Positions 12,614 to 23,900 of a stretch of 64,000 bases of DNA are shown in pieces. Numbering within the stretch: position 1 is the first letter of the stretch; every line of letters begins with the position of its first letter. The position numbers and the translations under genes were made by a program. Source of the DNA: Azolla caroliniana (taxonomy: Eukaryota; Plantae; Polypodiophyta); NCBI GenBank assembly GCA_043228905.1, contig JBHGNT010000013.1, positions 3,162,001-3,226,000 of the forward strand. The letters are read 5' to 3'. The notes below the pieces were generated by a model. The model saw nothing but the letters and a program-made list of their open reading frames with translations. It did no database searches and was not told the DNA's origin.

Positions 12614-14086
12614 ATGGCATCTTCACCTGCTTCTTCCTCCCCCATCCGAAGATGGATTCGTGGCTCTCCTCTCGGCCACGGCTCCTTCGCCACAGTCTCT
12701 CTCGCCATGAACCTCGATGATGATCTCCTCTTCGCGGTGAAATCCACCTCCATCTCCTCTCCTTCGGCACCGGAGCTTCTTGCCATCGAATCAGAGCTCT
12801 CCATCCTCAGAACGCTCAACTCTCCTTGTATTCTCTCCTTCCTTGGTAGCGACATCTCCTCGGACAATGGAGTGCCGTCTCGCAACCTATTCCTGGAATA
12901 CATGGAAGGAGGCAGCGTTGCTGAATTGGCAAGAAAATCAGGAGGAAAACTTGCTGAAAGCAGGGTTAGGAGATTTACAAGGAGCATTGTTGAAGGGTTG
13001 GCTTACCTTCACGAGCATGAAATAGTGCACTGCGACATAAAAGGCCAGAACATCTTGGTCGGGTCGAGTGGTGTAAAGATTGCTGATTTTGGCGCTGCGA
13101 AACGGCTCAAGAAATCGGGTCAGAAGACATGGAAACGGCTCAATCCTGGTAAGGAATCAGCGAAACGGCTCAGCTCTGAGAAGGCATCCCCGAAACAGCC
13201 AGTCTATGGGCCAGAAACGGTAAAACAGTCGAATTCAGAACAGGAATTTTGGAGGCATCCCATATTTGATGAGGAAACGGAGGAGCCGTCGAGCTCTGGT
13301 AAACAAGAAACGGGAAATATTTCCCCTACAGGAACACCCTTGTGGATGGCTCCTGAGGTACTTCGAGGCATAGAGCAAGGGTTCGCTTCTGATATATGGT
13401 CCTTGGGATGCACTGTGGTGGAGATGATACAGGGAAGCCCGCCATGGACGCCTTCCGTAAGCTCCAATTGTTCTCTGGAACATTTGCTGTTCAAGGTTGC
13501 GTGCACCGAGGAAGATCTTCCTCTCCCCCAGGACCTGTCTGAAGAATGCCGTGATTTCTTGTCCAAATGCCTCCAACGAGATCCTCGAATGAGATGGTCT
13601 GCTTCGGAACTGCTTCGTCATCCGTTTCTTCTGAGTGAAGCTTCCTCTCACCTGTCATCGCCATCATTAGATGATCAATTTCGTTTTTGTGAGCAGCCGC
13701 AGCCTTCTCCTAGAAGTACTCTCGATTTTCAGGTAACTGACAGCGAGAGCAGCGATGAGGACGATCGGTGCTCCGATAAATTAACAGAAGATGGAGACGA
13801 AGATGAAAGCTCAAGCTGGCGATGTGGCCTTTCTTCCCTGGTCTTAAATTCAGTTTCTGTATGTTCTCCCTCTGTAATCGTTCCTCGGCACTGTGATTGG
13901 ATTACTGTCAGACGTGCGGAAGAAGACATCGTAATGAATCAAGAAGAAGAGCCAGAAAGAGAAGCATCAGCCAATCCGCCTTTCATGGCAGATTCCTGTG
14001 ACATAATCCTAAAGAAAGGATGTGAAGTAAACCTCGATTGCCTGGGTTTCCTTCTTCAATGGAGGATGCAGAAGGATGGGAGGTAA
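12614..14086 (+). CDS. Mitogen-activated protein kinase kinase kinase (MEKK-like, MAPKKK14-21 type), 490 aa if unspliced
   Basis: ATG in GCCATGG context. WIRGSPLGHGSFATVSLA, FAVKS, LFLEYMEGGS, HCDIKGQNIL, DFG, GTPLWMAPE, SDIWSLGCTVVEM, LLRHPFL and C-terminal SPRSTLD and DWITVR motifs typical of this intron-poor plant clade. Confidence 0.93.
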   Translation: MASSPASSSPIRRWIRGSPLGHGSFATVSLAMNLDDDLLFAVKSTSISSPSAPELLAIESELSILRTLNSPCILSFLGSDISSDNGVPSRNLFLEYMEGGSVAELARKSGGKLAESRVRRFTRSIVEGLAYLHEHEIVHCDIKGQNILVGSSGVKIADFGAAKRLKKSGQKTWKRLNPGKESAKRLSSEKASPKQPVYGPETVKQSNSEQEFWRHPIFDEETEEPSSSGKQETGNISPTGTPLWMAPEVLRGIEQGFASDIWSLGCTVVEMIQGSPPWTPSVSSNCSLEHLLFKVACTEEDLPLPQDLSEECRDFLSKCLQRDPRMRWSASELLRHPFLLSEASSHLSSPSLDDQFRFCEQPQPSPRSTLDFQVTDSESSDEDDRCSDKLTEDGDEDESSSWRCGLSSLVLNSVSVCSPSVIVPRHCDWITVRRAEEDIVMNQEEEPEREASANPPFMADSCDIILKKGCEVNLDCLGFLLQWRMQKDGR

Positions 14087-14634
14087 AACGAAAGCGTTTT
14101 TCCTCTTGAAGGCCAGTTCAGAATGGTTCTGAAATTTGAACATGAATAGTGAGTGTGCTTCGTGGTGGTGTTGAAAGCTGTAGAATATATGGAACTTATT
14201 ATATAATCTTTGTTTGTGAAATGCTGGACATGCAAGGATGCCATAGAAGCTTTAAAAATTCATCTCAGAATAATCAGAAAAGACAGAGAACTGGAAGAGA
14301 TGGCCAAAATTTCCTACCTGTGGTTATGTATCATCTAACTTACCAGATGTTCTGACAAAGAATGTCAACAAATTGTTGACTGTTTGTAGACATGAAGGTC
14401 TCCGATGATGCTTTCTTCGCATGGAAACGATGCTCGCTGATCAGGGAGCTTCGTACTCCATTTTTGTACCAAAGTTGAAACCAATTAAATTGATCAAATC
14501 ATTCATTGATTCTTTTATCTGTTGTTGTTATTTACACAAATGCTGTTATATATATATATTCCAAAATAACTGCCCTGGAACTGGTCTGTTTGCAATCTCG
14601 ATATCTATGTCTTTAATCTCACTCACGTCTCTGC

Positions 14635-14704
14635 TAATTTCTGAGTGGATTGAACTGAACTGCCTTAATTTCTGAGTGGATTGAACTGCCTTAATTTCTG
14701 AGTG
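14635..14704. repeat. Short tandem repeat (26-31 bp, x~2.5)
   Basis: TAATTTCTGAGTG occurs three times, separated by GATTGAACTG(AACTG)CCT. Confidence 0.8.
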
Positions 14705-15079
14705 TAGGGAGGGTTTCTCTAATTATGCTGAGTAAAGTCGAAACATTTAACATGACAACGCACCAAACCCATAGGAGACATTAGTTGGGCAACAAAAGAT
14801 CAACTTACATGATTATACACGCTCTCTATATCTTGTTGTATCATTACAATTTCTTGTTTTGATTCCTTTGCTCAATCCACTGACCATTTGCACATTCGAA
14901 ATTGTATGATGGATGTCTCTTCCCACAATAAGCTCATATCGCATAGGATAGACCATAGAAGGTAACACTTTTTGAAGTCGATTATGCCACTACTTTGGCA
15001 AAAATCGCCAATTTTGGCTTCATCATGGACGATAAAATTTCTATTGCATTCTTCTTTGTTCTCTCTCTCTCTCACTCAC

Positions 15080-18000
15080 ACTCATAATTCATGCTTTAAT
15101 CTTGCCTCTAATTCGTAGTAGTTTAATCTAAATCACATGTTGTAGCATAGCATTTCTCTTATCCTTCAGAACACAAGAAGTGTGGAGCTCTAGGTTGATG
15201 CTTGACTAATGGAATTTTTGTCTCACATTATCATGCCCGTTTAACAAGCCATCATTTTTCTCACGAATTACCTTATATATTGAGCATGCGATAAGTGATG
15301 TTCATCCTCCACTAGGTTTTCATTGCATATCTTCATATTTCCATCATGATGCCATGATGCTAACTCAACACCTAGCTTGTGTGAGTGAGTTCAAAGAAGT
15401 GTTAAGGCTCTTCGAGAACCAAGGCTCATGGGGTGAGATGGATTGGATACATTCGGACATTTCTCCCTTGTATTGGGGGGGGTTAATGTTTGAAATCTAT
15501 TATTCTAGTTTTGACATTTTAACATCCTGTCACTTCATCCCTAATGCCTCTAATAATATATCCTCGGTGATCATATACCTCAATGCATCATGTGAGATCT
15601 TCATTAGATCTTTTACCCCCATCTCCTAAACCCTTTCATAATGTCAAGCACCCAACCAAATGAGAGGATTATGCTCTTATTAGCTTTTTGTACCTTGCAT
15701 CTTATTTTATAAACTTGTTTTGGCAATCTATGGTCAGGCATATTCTTGAGTTTTGCGATATACCTGTATAATCTTTGCATGGCTAGTATCTCTATGGGCC
15801 AAACACCTATTTATAACAACATGACAGGATGGGATGTTGATGATTTTGCCCCAAATTGTCTATGTAAGAACAAAATTTGGATTTTCTCTATTTCATTCCA
15901 TGCACCAAGTGAGATAGCGCTTCCCTACACTTCTACTCCATAGAGCAACACTTGGACCACCATAGGATTGAATAACCACAACTTCACCTCCCATCCTCGA
16001 GTATCCCTTTGGTTGCATTGATTCTTGGACATATAATCACTATTCCAACCCGCTTGAAGTCGAGAGTTATAATATGCATTCCACCTATTTGTTGATGTGA
16101 CATTAATACAAAGATTTTTAAGTTTTTCACTACTTATATTGGTTATCCTTGTTTGTAAATGTTGGGTAGTGTCTTGGTTGTATTGCCTTTATTCCCATCA
16201 TTTTTGTTTTGTCTATGTTAACAATTAGCCAACGAATATCACAAAATGTATCCAATACATTAAATAAGTGTTGCACATCATCCAATTTATGTGACAATAA
16301 AACAACACCAGCTTTCGTGAAGTCCACAAAACAACAATACAACATTTTCCCTCGAAGTCGACTTTCTTTCTAGTATAACTCTTAGTGTAACCAAATGAAT
16401 GATCTTAATGTTATGGTCTAAAGCCTTCTTGATCAAGTGCTTGTTTGTGATGATGTTCAATCCATGGGCTAATATTTTGTTCCATGATAGTGCTATATAA
16501 CTTGGCCATAACTGATCTAACCATGATAGTTTGATGATTGGATACCAAGTTTTTAACTCCTCCATTATAGATTGGTTTAATCCAATGCATGAGCCAATCT
16601 TCCATGAAACCTTGCTTGATAGTATGTTGTTATCCATTGGCGAGTTTGTGGTCTTATCCATTTCAAGAGTTCACTTGCCATTAAAGTTGCATATACTGCT
16701 TTGCCATTAGACATATTTTTTGTCCCTCCATTAACATCTTAAATAAATACATGTTGTATATGTTGTTTCAATACTCAATGTCATAGGCATTATCCCATCA
16801 CGCATATAAAGTTTATGTACATATTGTTCCATCTCTTCATCCATGAATTTGCCAATTACATATTCCTTTTTGCCCTTAAGTTGTCTCCATGCTAAGGTTG
16901 TTTTGAGTTTAAACATTTGGGGTTTTCTTCTTCTTTTGCATTCTGCACCTCCCTCACATTCTTCTATATCAATACAACGTTAGGGTTTTTCTCATTTTTT
17001 ATCTTTTGCAATCTTGAGAAATTTGAGATGAGCCTTGCATTCTTCATAAAACCAAGCGTGGAATGGGAAATTAAGCATATGATGTCCACCTACATGTGGA
17101 CAAATATATTGATACCCTACCTTGACAATGAAATCCTTAGATCACTCCAAATTTGTTTCCAACTCTTTACTAAGGCTAAAAGACATGTCAAAACTTTTCT
17201 CATAAGAAATGCATGGATACATTTGAGAATATGCCAGTTTGTGCATTTAAGTATGTGTCTAAGAAACCTATGCTAATCAACATAGTACAATCTTTTTGAG
17301 TTGACGCATCAAATCTGACACCATTACATTATCATCAACATGGTGATCCAACCCTATCATTGAAATCTTCCATAACCAACAATTTTCCAATCTTCTCATT
17401 TGTAGGAATATCACCACATTCACTAGAAAAAGGATCATCATGATCTAGTTCATACTAATTATAGTAGTTGGATGTTACTTTTCAAAGTCCTCACAATAAA
17501 TATGTGTTACTTCCGTAACCAACACTTTTCCAATCTTTTGAGGAATGTACCAACATGGCAGATATATCTTTTGTATTCATCATACTTACATACTCATATG
17601 TAGTTTTCCAAGCTCCCATCATAAATACACACTAGTCGTCCTCGCCCAATATTACTTCTAGTGAGGGGCCATATAGATTTTATAATGTACCAATCAATAT
17701 AAGGTATATGCTTAAATTCATGTTCCCAAGTTTCAATGAGAAATATAATATCCAAGTTGCGAGTCACATCACTTAATTAGGCAAAACTTTTACCCATGGG
17801 CATCCTTTACAATTCTATAACATGATTTTCAACCTTGAGGTAGCATAACTCACCACTTCCTATGCATTTTGAGTTCCATTTCTAGTTTCATAGGCTTGTT
17901 TCTTCATTCTTGATCCTTTGGGGTTCGATCTTCGGATACAAATAAATGTGTACCTTTTAAGTACACCTTGGTACCAGTTAAGATTGATACAACTTTTCCT

Positions 18001-18300
18001 ATAATCTAAGATTGCGCAAACAATAGCTCAAGATGATCTTCCCTCTGGCCCATTTTGACCACCTCTATGTCCTCCATATACCACCATAACATCATAACAA
18101 ATCAATCTTCAAAGAAGTTTGCGATGTTCCCGGAAAGGCAGAGTGCATTCTCTCTCAGATTCATCTTCTTGCACACCTCTAATAATAATGTCCAAACTTT
18201 GAACAAATTGTCTTGTCTTAGGGTCCCATAGTCTATAGCCAATGTTTCCATTGTAATTATAGTCAATAAAAATTCACTTTTGTGAGTGAGACTCCAATTT
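15080..18300 (-). mobile_element. Heavily decayed LINE (endonuclease + RT + C-terminal domain remnants)
   Basis: Fragments IKPIYNGGVKNLVSNHQTIMV..AKLYSTIME, LYCCFVDFTKA and LIVNIDKTKMM. Endonuclease-like IIFLIETWE near 17730-17755. RT core internally deleted. Boundaries approximate. Confidence 0.75.
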
Positions 18301-19289
18301 TCTTCTCTCTTCATTGGGTATAAGGGTGTAAAGAATGCTAACTCTTGAAGACATGGGTGCGGAAGTGTAGTCCATATGTGAGAATAAGTGTGTACATAAG
18401 AGGGGGGATGACAAATTATTTTGCATTGAAGAGAAAACTAAAAATCATGAACTAAACACAAGAAGTCAAGTGGGCTTTATATACAAGTCCTCAAGGGACT
18501 ATCACATTAAATGTGGTTGCTTGAGTCTAGTGATAGACATCCACATGAGTATGATTATGTCATAAGAATATCTAACGTTTACACTTGAGAACTAGCCAAA
18601 TTTCATAATCTAGTTCTTAGTGTACCTAGATAATTCACACAGATAATTACAATAAAATGTGCTCCTAGAAAACATTGTTATGCTAGAGTTTGCTTCGCAC
18701 AACCCCACCACAAAGCGTCTCAAGGCACACAACTCATGATACTATGGGCACCATAATGACATGTATGAGATTAAGAAAGAGCATAAGCACAAGAGGGAAG
18801 GGAGTGGGCATGCCAAAGAAAATCAATGATGAGAGATGAGGGAGGTGATAATCAAAGAAGGTAGATTAATGGGTTGATGATATCATGTAGACAGGAAGGC
18901 TCATATATGAAAAGAGGTTCATAAGATTCTACAATAAACCTCAAATAAGTACAAGAAAGAAGAGACCTAAAATGACAAAGAGACGTCTCTATGAGAGAGG
19001 AGAGGAGATTATCAAAAGAGTGGGTTATGAGAGAGGCGAGGAGTGTCGAATATGGGTGCATATTGGTCGTATTCACACTGTCCCACTTGGATAGACTAGG
19101 TTTAGGACATTTTTGTAATTAGACTAAAGGGCAGTTGCCCTAGCTTAATTGTATATAATTGAACTTGTAACCTAGTTCAAAGTTGTTGTTGCCGCCATTC
19201 TTTGTAACTCTGTGTTTTGAATAATATAGTTACTCTATTGTGCCTCTCTCTACACTCTCCTCTTCCTTGAGACTTGATCGCTTCCCATT

Positions 19290-20030
19290 GAGATCATGGC
19301 CATGGAAAGGGTTGTTGAATACATGCAAGGTTCAAAAGAGTCCCTCATATCGACTTCCTAGAATTGCATGGGAAGCAAGCGAAAAGATCCAAAAGACGAA
19401 TAAAAGCAAAATTTTGTGTTTTAGTTGGATCAAGATATAGAAAAATGGTTTGGTAGATGGGATGCGAGACACTTGCTTCATGATGCATCACAAGATTCCT
19501 CTATAAATGAGGCCTTTTTGCAACGCCAATGTATCATGACATGGGACAAATGTGGAGGCTCACACTTCACACATTATACTGCACATGTTGCACCTAACTA
19601 CAAAACCATTTCTTCGCAGAACGGGGAAACCGTACACATCGATACATGTTAGAGCCCATCCCATTATCTTCCATTCGAACCATTGCTTCCATGTGACTTA
19701 GCTCACATGCATTGCGATGTGAGATGGGGCGTTGGGGCACAAGTGATGAGAGTGGTCGGCTATGCACACTTTGCCCCAAACAAGCCGAGTTTGAGTATCA
19801 CACTTTGATACAATGCTCAACCTTTGATAATATTCGACCATGCTACCATATCTCTTCGACTGAGCCCAATCCTTGCATGAATTTCTCTCACAACCACAAT
19901 GTGCACTCTCGATTGCAACATTCATTGGTAAAGTTCTTGAACATCGAGAGTCACTACTCACTTTCACACATATCACGTGAAATGTAATATTTTTGGTCTC
20001 ATAGGTCATATTTGACCTTCGAAGATGATG
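19290..20030 (+). mobile_element. LINE ORF2 3' fragment (C-terminal zinc-finger region)
   Basis: SHALRCEMGRW...RLCTLCPKQAEFEYHTLIQC, a C-x2-C...H...C motif of LINE ORF2 ends. Confidence 0.7.
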
Positions 20031-20964
20031 ACATAATCTCTCTCTCTCTCTCTCTCTCAAGTTTTCAGTTTTAGTTGTCTTGGTTTCTCAATTTGTTCTT
20101 CTTGTTGATGTTGTTTACACCAACTTGCTGCTCTTTAACCTAAATGTTGTTTGCATTCCACACTGATGGCCTTAGTTTCCAACATCTGGTACCAAATCGA
20201 AGGTTCTTCATTTTGTTGCCGACCATTGCTTTTCTTCACCAACACTCTCGTTATACACTTCCTAAAGACTTCAAGTTGATTAGATTTGTTAGAACAGACT
20301 CAAAATTTCTGTCGAACAGAAATCTCCTGATCGGCAACTATCAAGATCACATTCTATGAAGAGAATTTAGATACATTGCCGACTTGCACTCTATTGAGCT
20401 AGACCATTCTTCAAGTAGGCCAGCTGGCTGTACCCCTTTTCTATGGTCGTAGCCATTTAGAGTGGAGTCTTGACCTAATCGACACCTTTCGTGCTTCACC
20501 CGTGATCGACACGTTGATCGACCTCATCTGTGCATAATTCGGCTAAGAAACTTTCAGGACGACCATCCGACTCTGTCTCTCTATTTGCTATAGCCACTTC
20601 ATGCAGGATCAAAGATAAAATCAACACTAAGAATTCAGATCGGCAATAACCGTGCTCAATCAGACTAGGCAAGGTTTGGGAAGACCAATCAACTCTGTCC
20701 CTCGACTCACAATAGCCACTTCAAGTAGGTGTGGCAATCCTATTGCCATTCGAAATTATAATCGGCAACTCAATCGGCAAATCCATGCCAAATTTGACTA
20801 GGAAAAATTGGAATAGACCAGTTTACTCTACTCCAATTCGATTGTAGTCACTCTAGGCTGGGCTAGCTAGCTAACTGATCCAGTTCGTGTCCGATTTGGC
20901 TAAATCAATTCTGGGTGGATTAGCAGGTTGCATCCTTTGACCGATTGTAGCCAACCCTAGATAG

Positions 20965-23900
20965 TATTAGAAATATTGAGAATCGAGTAGATAGGTATAT
21001 AGAGTTACAACTGCAGAGATGGATATATGAAAACAGAATTTCTATTACATATGAGAGTAGTTCAAAATGGTAGTTTTCCCATGCGTTCACACCTTAGAGC
21101 TTAGATAGGATATGGACCGGCTCACTACAAAATTAGTGGGGACTAATGATCAATCTCACCACTGTGTGAGAAAAGTGACTTATAATCTATGTTTGGTCTT
21201 AGTATAAATGTGCAAGTCAGTTGACAGTAGTGGAGATATTCCTTTTCTGTCAACTGACTTGTCATTTAATATGACCCAACTCCCTAGGTACAGGCTAGTG
21301 CTAGATAATACTTATCTTGAAGTCAATGACGCATACTTCAAGACTAAGTACATCGTAACTTGCCCACAAAATATTCTAGCTGACTTGATTAGCCAATCCT
21401 TTTATCTATTTCTCTCTTTCCTAAATATATTGTGTCCTACGCATCTACGGTTTCCTAGATTAACACCTTATCGACCCATATGGTCGAGTTCCACACTAGC
21501 CGCTCCTCATTTGGGGCGCTATCACAAAATGTGCACTCTAAGAGCACATATGGGGATAGATTTACAACTTGGGGCTGATCATTGATTATATCTAACACGC
21601 CCCCTCAATGATCAACCCATTGAGTTCACTTGGAATTGGGCCAACACCTAGTCGTCGAAGGTGTTGTTGCAACTGTTCTGCTCCAAGCGCCTTTGTGAAG
21701 ATATCTGCAGCATTTTCTGATGTTGGACAGTACTCAAGCTCCACAATCTCATCATTTATTAGCTCCCGCACATAGTGATACTGAATCTCTATGTGTTTAG
21801 TACGTGCATGAAATACGGGGTTCTTGGCAATGGCCATGCAACTCTGATTGTCACACCTCAATACCGTTGCCGTCCTTATTGGGACTGCCACATCCATAAG
21901 GATTCTTCTTAGCCAAACTACCTCGCATGCCGCTATGCATGCTGCTTTGTATTCTGCCTCCGTTGAAGATAGTGCCATTGTTGGTTGTTTTTTACTACTC
22001 CATGAAACAGCTCCAGATCCTATTGAAAAACAATATCCAGAAACTGATTTTCTGGAATCACTATCTCCAGCCCAATCGGAGTCGCAATATCCACTAAGTT
22101 GGTCAATTGTTGGCTTGTAGAAGATTCCATAATTTAAAGTACCCACAATGTACTTTAATACACGTAGAGCAGCTTTCCAATGAGTCTCCTTCGGCTTGTT
22201 GCTGAATCGACTCACCACATTGACTGCAAAACAAATATCCGGCCTAGTGTTGCATAGGAAAATTAGACTTCCTACTAGTTGTCTATACTTCCTTATGTCA
22301 ACCATTGGTGATGAGTCTTCTTGGGATAGCTTGCAGTTTGACTCCATTGGAGTCGACTTCGACTTGCTGTCCATCATCCCGAAGGTCTTCAAGATCTCTG
22401 TTGCATACTTTCTTTGTGACATGAAGATGCCGTCCGAGGTTTGCCAAACCTCAATTCCAAGGAAGTAGTGTAGAATCCCCAAGTCTGTCATTTCAAACTC
22501 AGTTTTCAAACACTCTTGTGTTTGGCCAATGCACTCTTCATGGTCACCAGTAAGTACTAGATCATCCACGTAAATGATAATGATGACTTGTTTCCCGTCC
22601 TTCATTTTGACATACATACTTGCATCCGAAGCACATTGCTTAAAGTCGATTGATCGTAAGAAGTTGTCTATCCTCTTGTTCCAAGCTCTTGGTGCTTGCT
22701 TTAGACCATATAGTGCCTTCTTCAGCTTGCAAACTTTGTTTTCTGAATTCGGTATCTCAAACCCTGGTGGTTGTGTCACATATACCTCCTCCTTGAGATG
22801 CCCATTCAGAAATGCTGATTTGACATCCATTTGATAAATCGGCCATCCTCTTGAAGCAGCCAACGCTATGACCATTCGAATTGTTGTCATGCGAGCTGTC
22901 GGGGCAAATGTTTCTTGTACATCGAACCCTTCAATTTGGGAGTATCCTTGCGCTACTAGCATGGCCTTGAATTTCTCCAAAGAGCCATCGGCTTTATACT
23001 TTACTTTCCATACCCACTTCGTGCCTATCACCTTCTTCTTTGTTGGCCTCTCTACCAACTCCCATGTGTCATTTTTCATGATGCTATCATATTCTGATAT
23101 CATCGCCTCTTTCCACTTCGGGTCGGCCATAGCTTCCTCCACCGAGGTCGGCTCACTCACTGAGCCTATGATGTCCACCATCAGAGCCATGTTGACAATG
23201 TGGTCAGAGGTTCTTCCTTGCTCCTGTATTCTTCTTGATCTTCGTAATCCATCAGTTGAAGTTTCAGGAAACTCAACTTTAGGAGTATGATCATTGAAGA
23301 GTTGTTGAGCCCACTTAGGTATTTTCTTTACATGTGGGACTGGCATAGGCTGAACTAGTGAACCATTACCATCAGATGGTTCAGCTTCCTTTTTTGGATA
23401 ATGGGTCGGGATTGGGTAAAATACTTCTTCAGTTGATGAGATAACTTGAGAATCGTTGTTCTCAGCTAGCTGTGGTTGTTCCTCATCGAACACCACATCG
23501 CGGCTTGTCAATATCTTTCTTGCCTCTGGATCGTAGAGTCGATAGGCCTTTGACTCTTCACTATATCCGAGAAAGATACACTTTTTGCTTTTAGCATCCA
23601 ACTTCTTTCTGCTCACATCTGGAATATGTGCGTAGCACATACACCCAAAGGTTCTGAAGTGCAGCCCTGAAGGTTTCTTGCCTGAATAAGCTTCTTGGGG
23701 TGTTTTCCCTTGAAGTGCCTTCGTGTAGCTCCGATTGAGGATGTAAACTGCTGTGTTCACTGCTTCAGCCCAGAATGGGTCGGGCAGCGCTTGTGCCTTC
23801 AACATACACCTAGCCATCTCAACAACTGTTCGATTTCGACGTTCGACAACGCCATTTTGTTGTGGGGTGTAGGCAGTTGTAAGTTGGCGCTTAATTCCAT

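Noticed and set aside
18330-19280. Possible solo LTR or 5' LTR of H
   Set aside because: LTR-like composition and a short resemblance to the A LTR, but termini and TSD could not be fixed.
21208-21585. Identical 125-aa ORF twice (also 26035-26412)
   Set aside because: Lies antisense within the two LTRs of B, so identity reflects LTR duplication. No recognisable domain.
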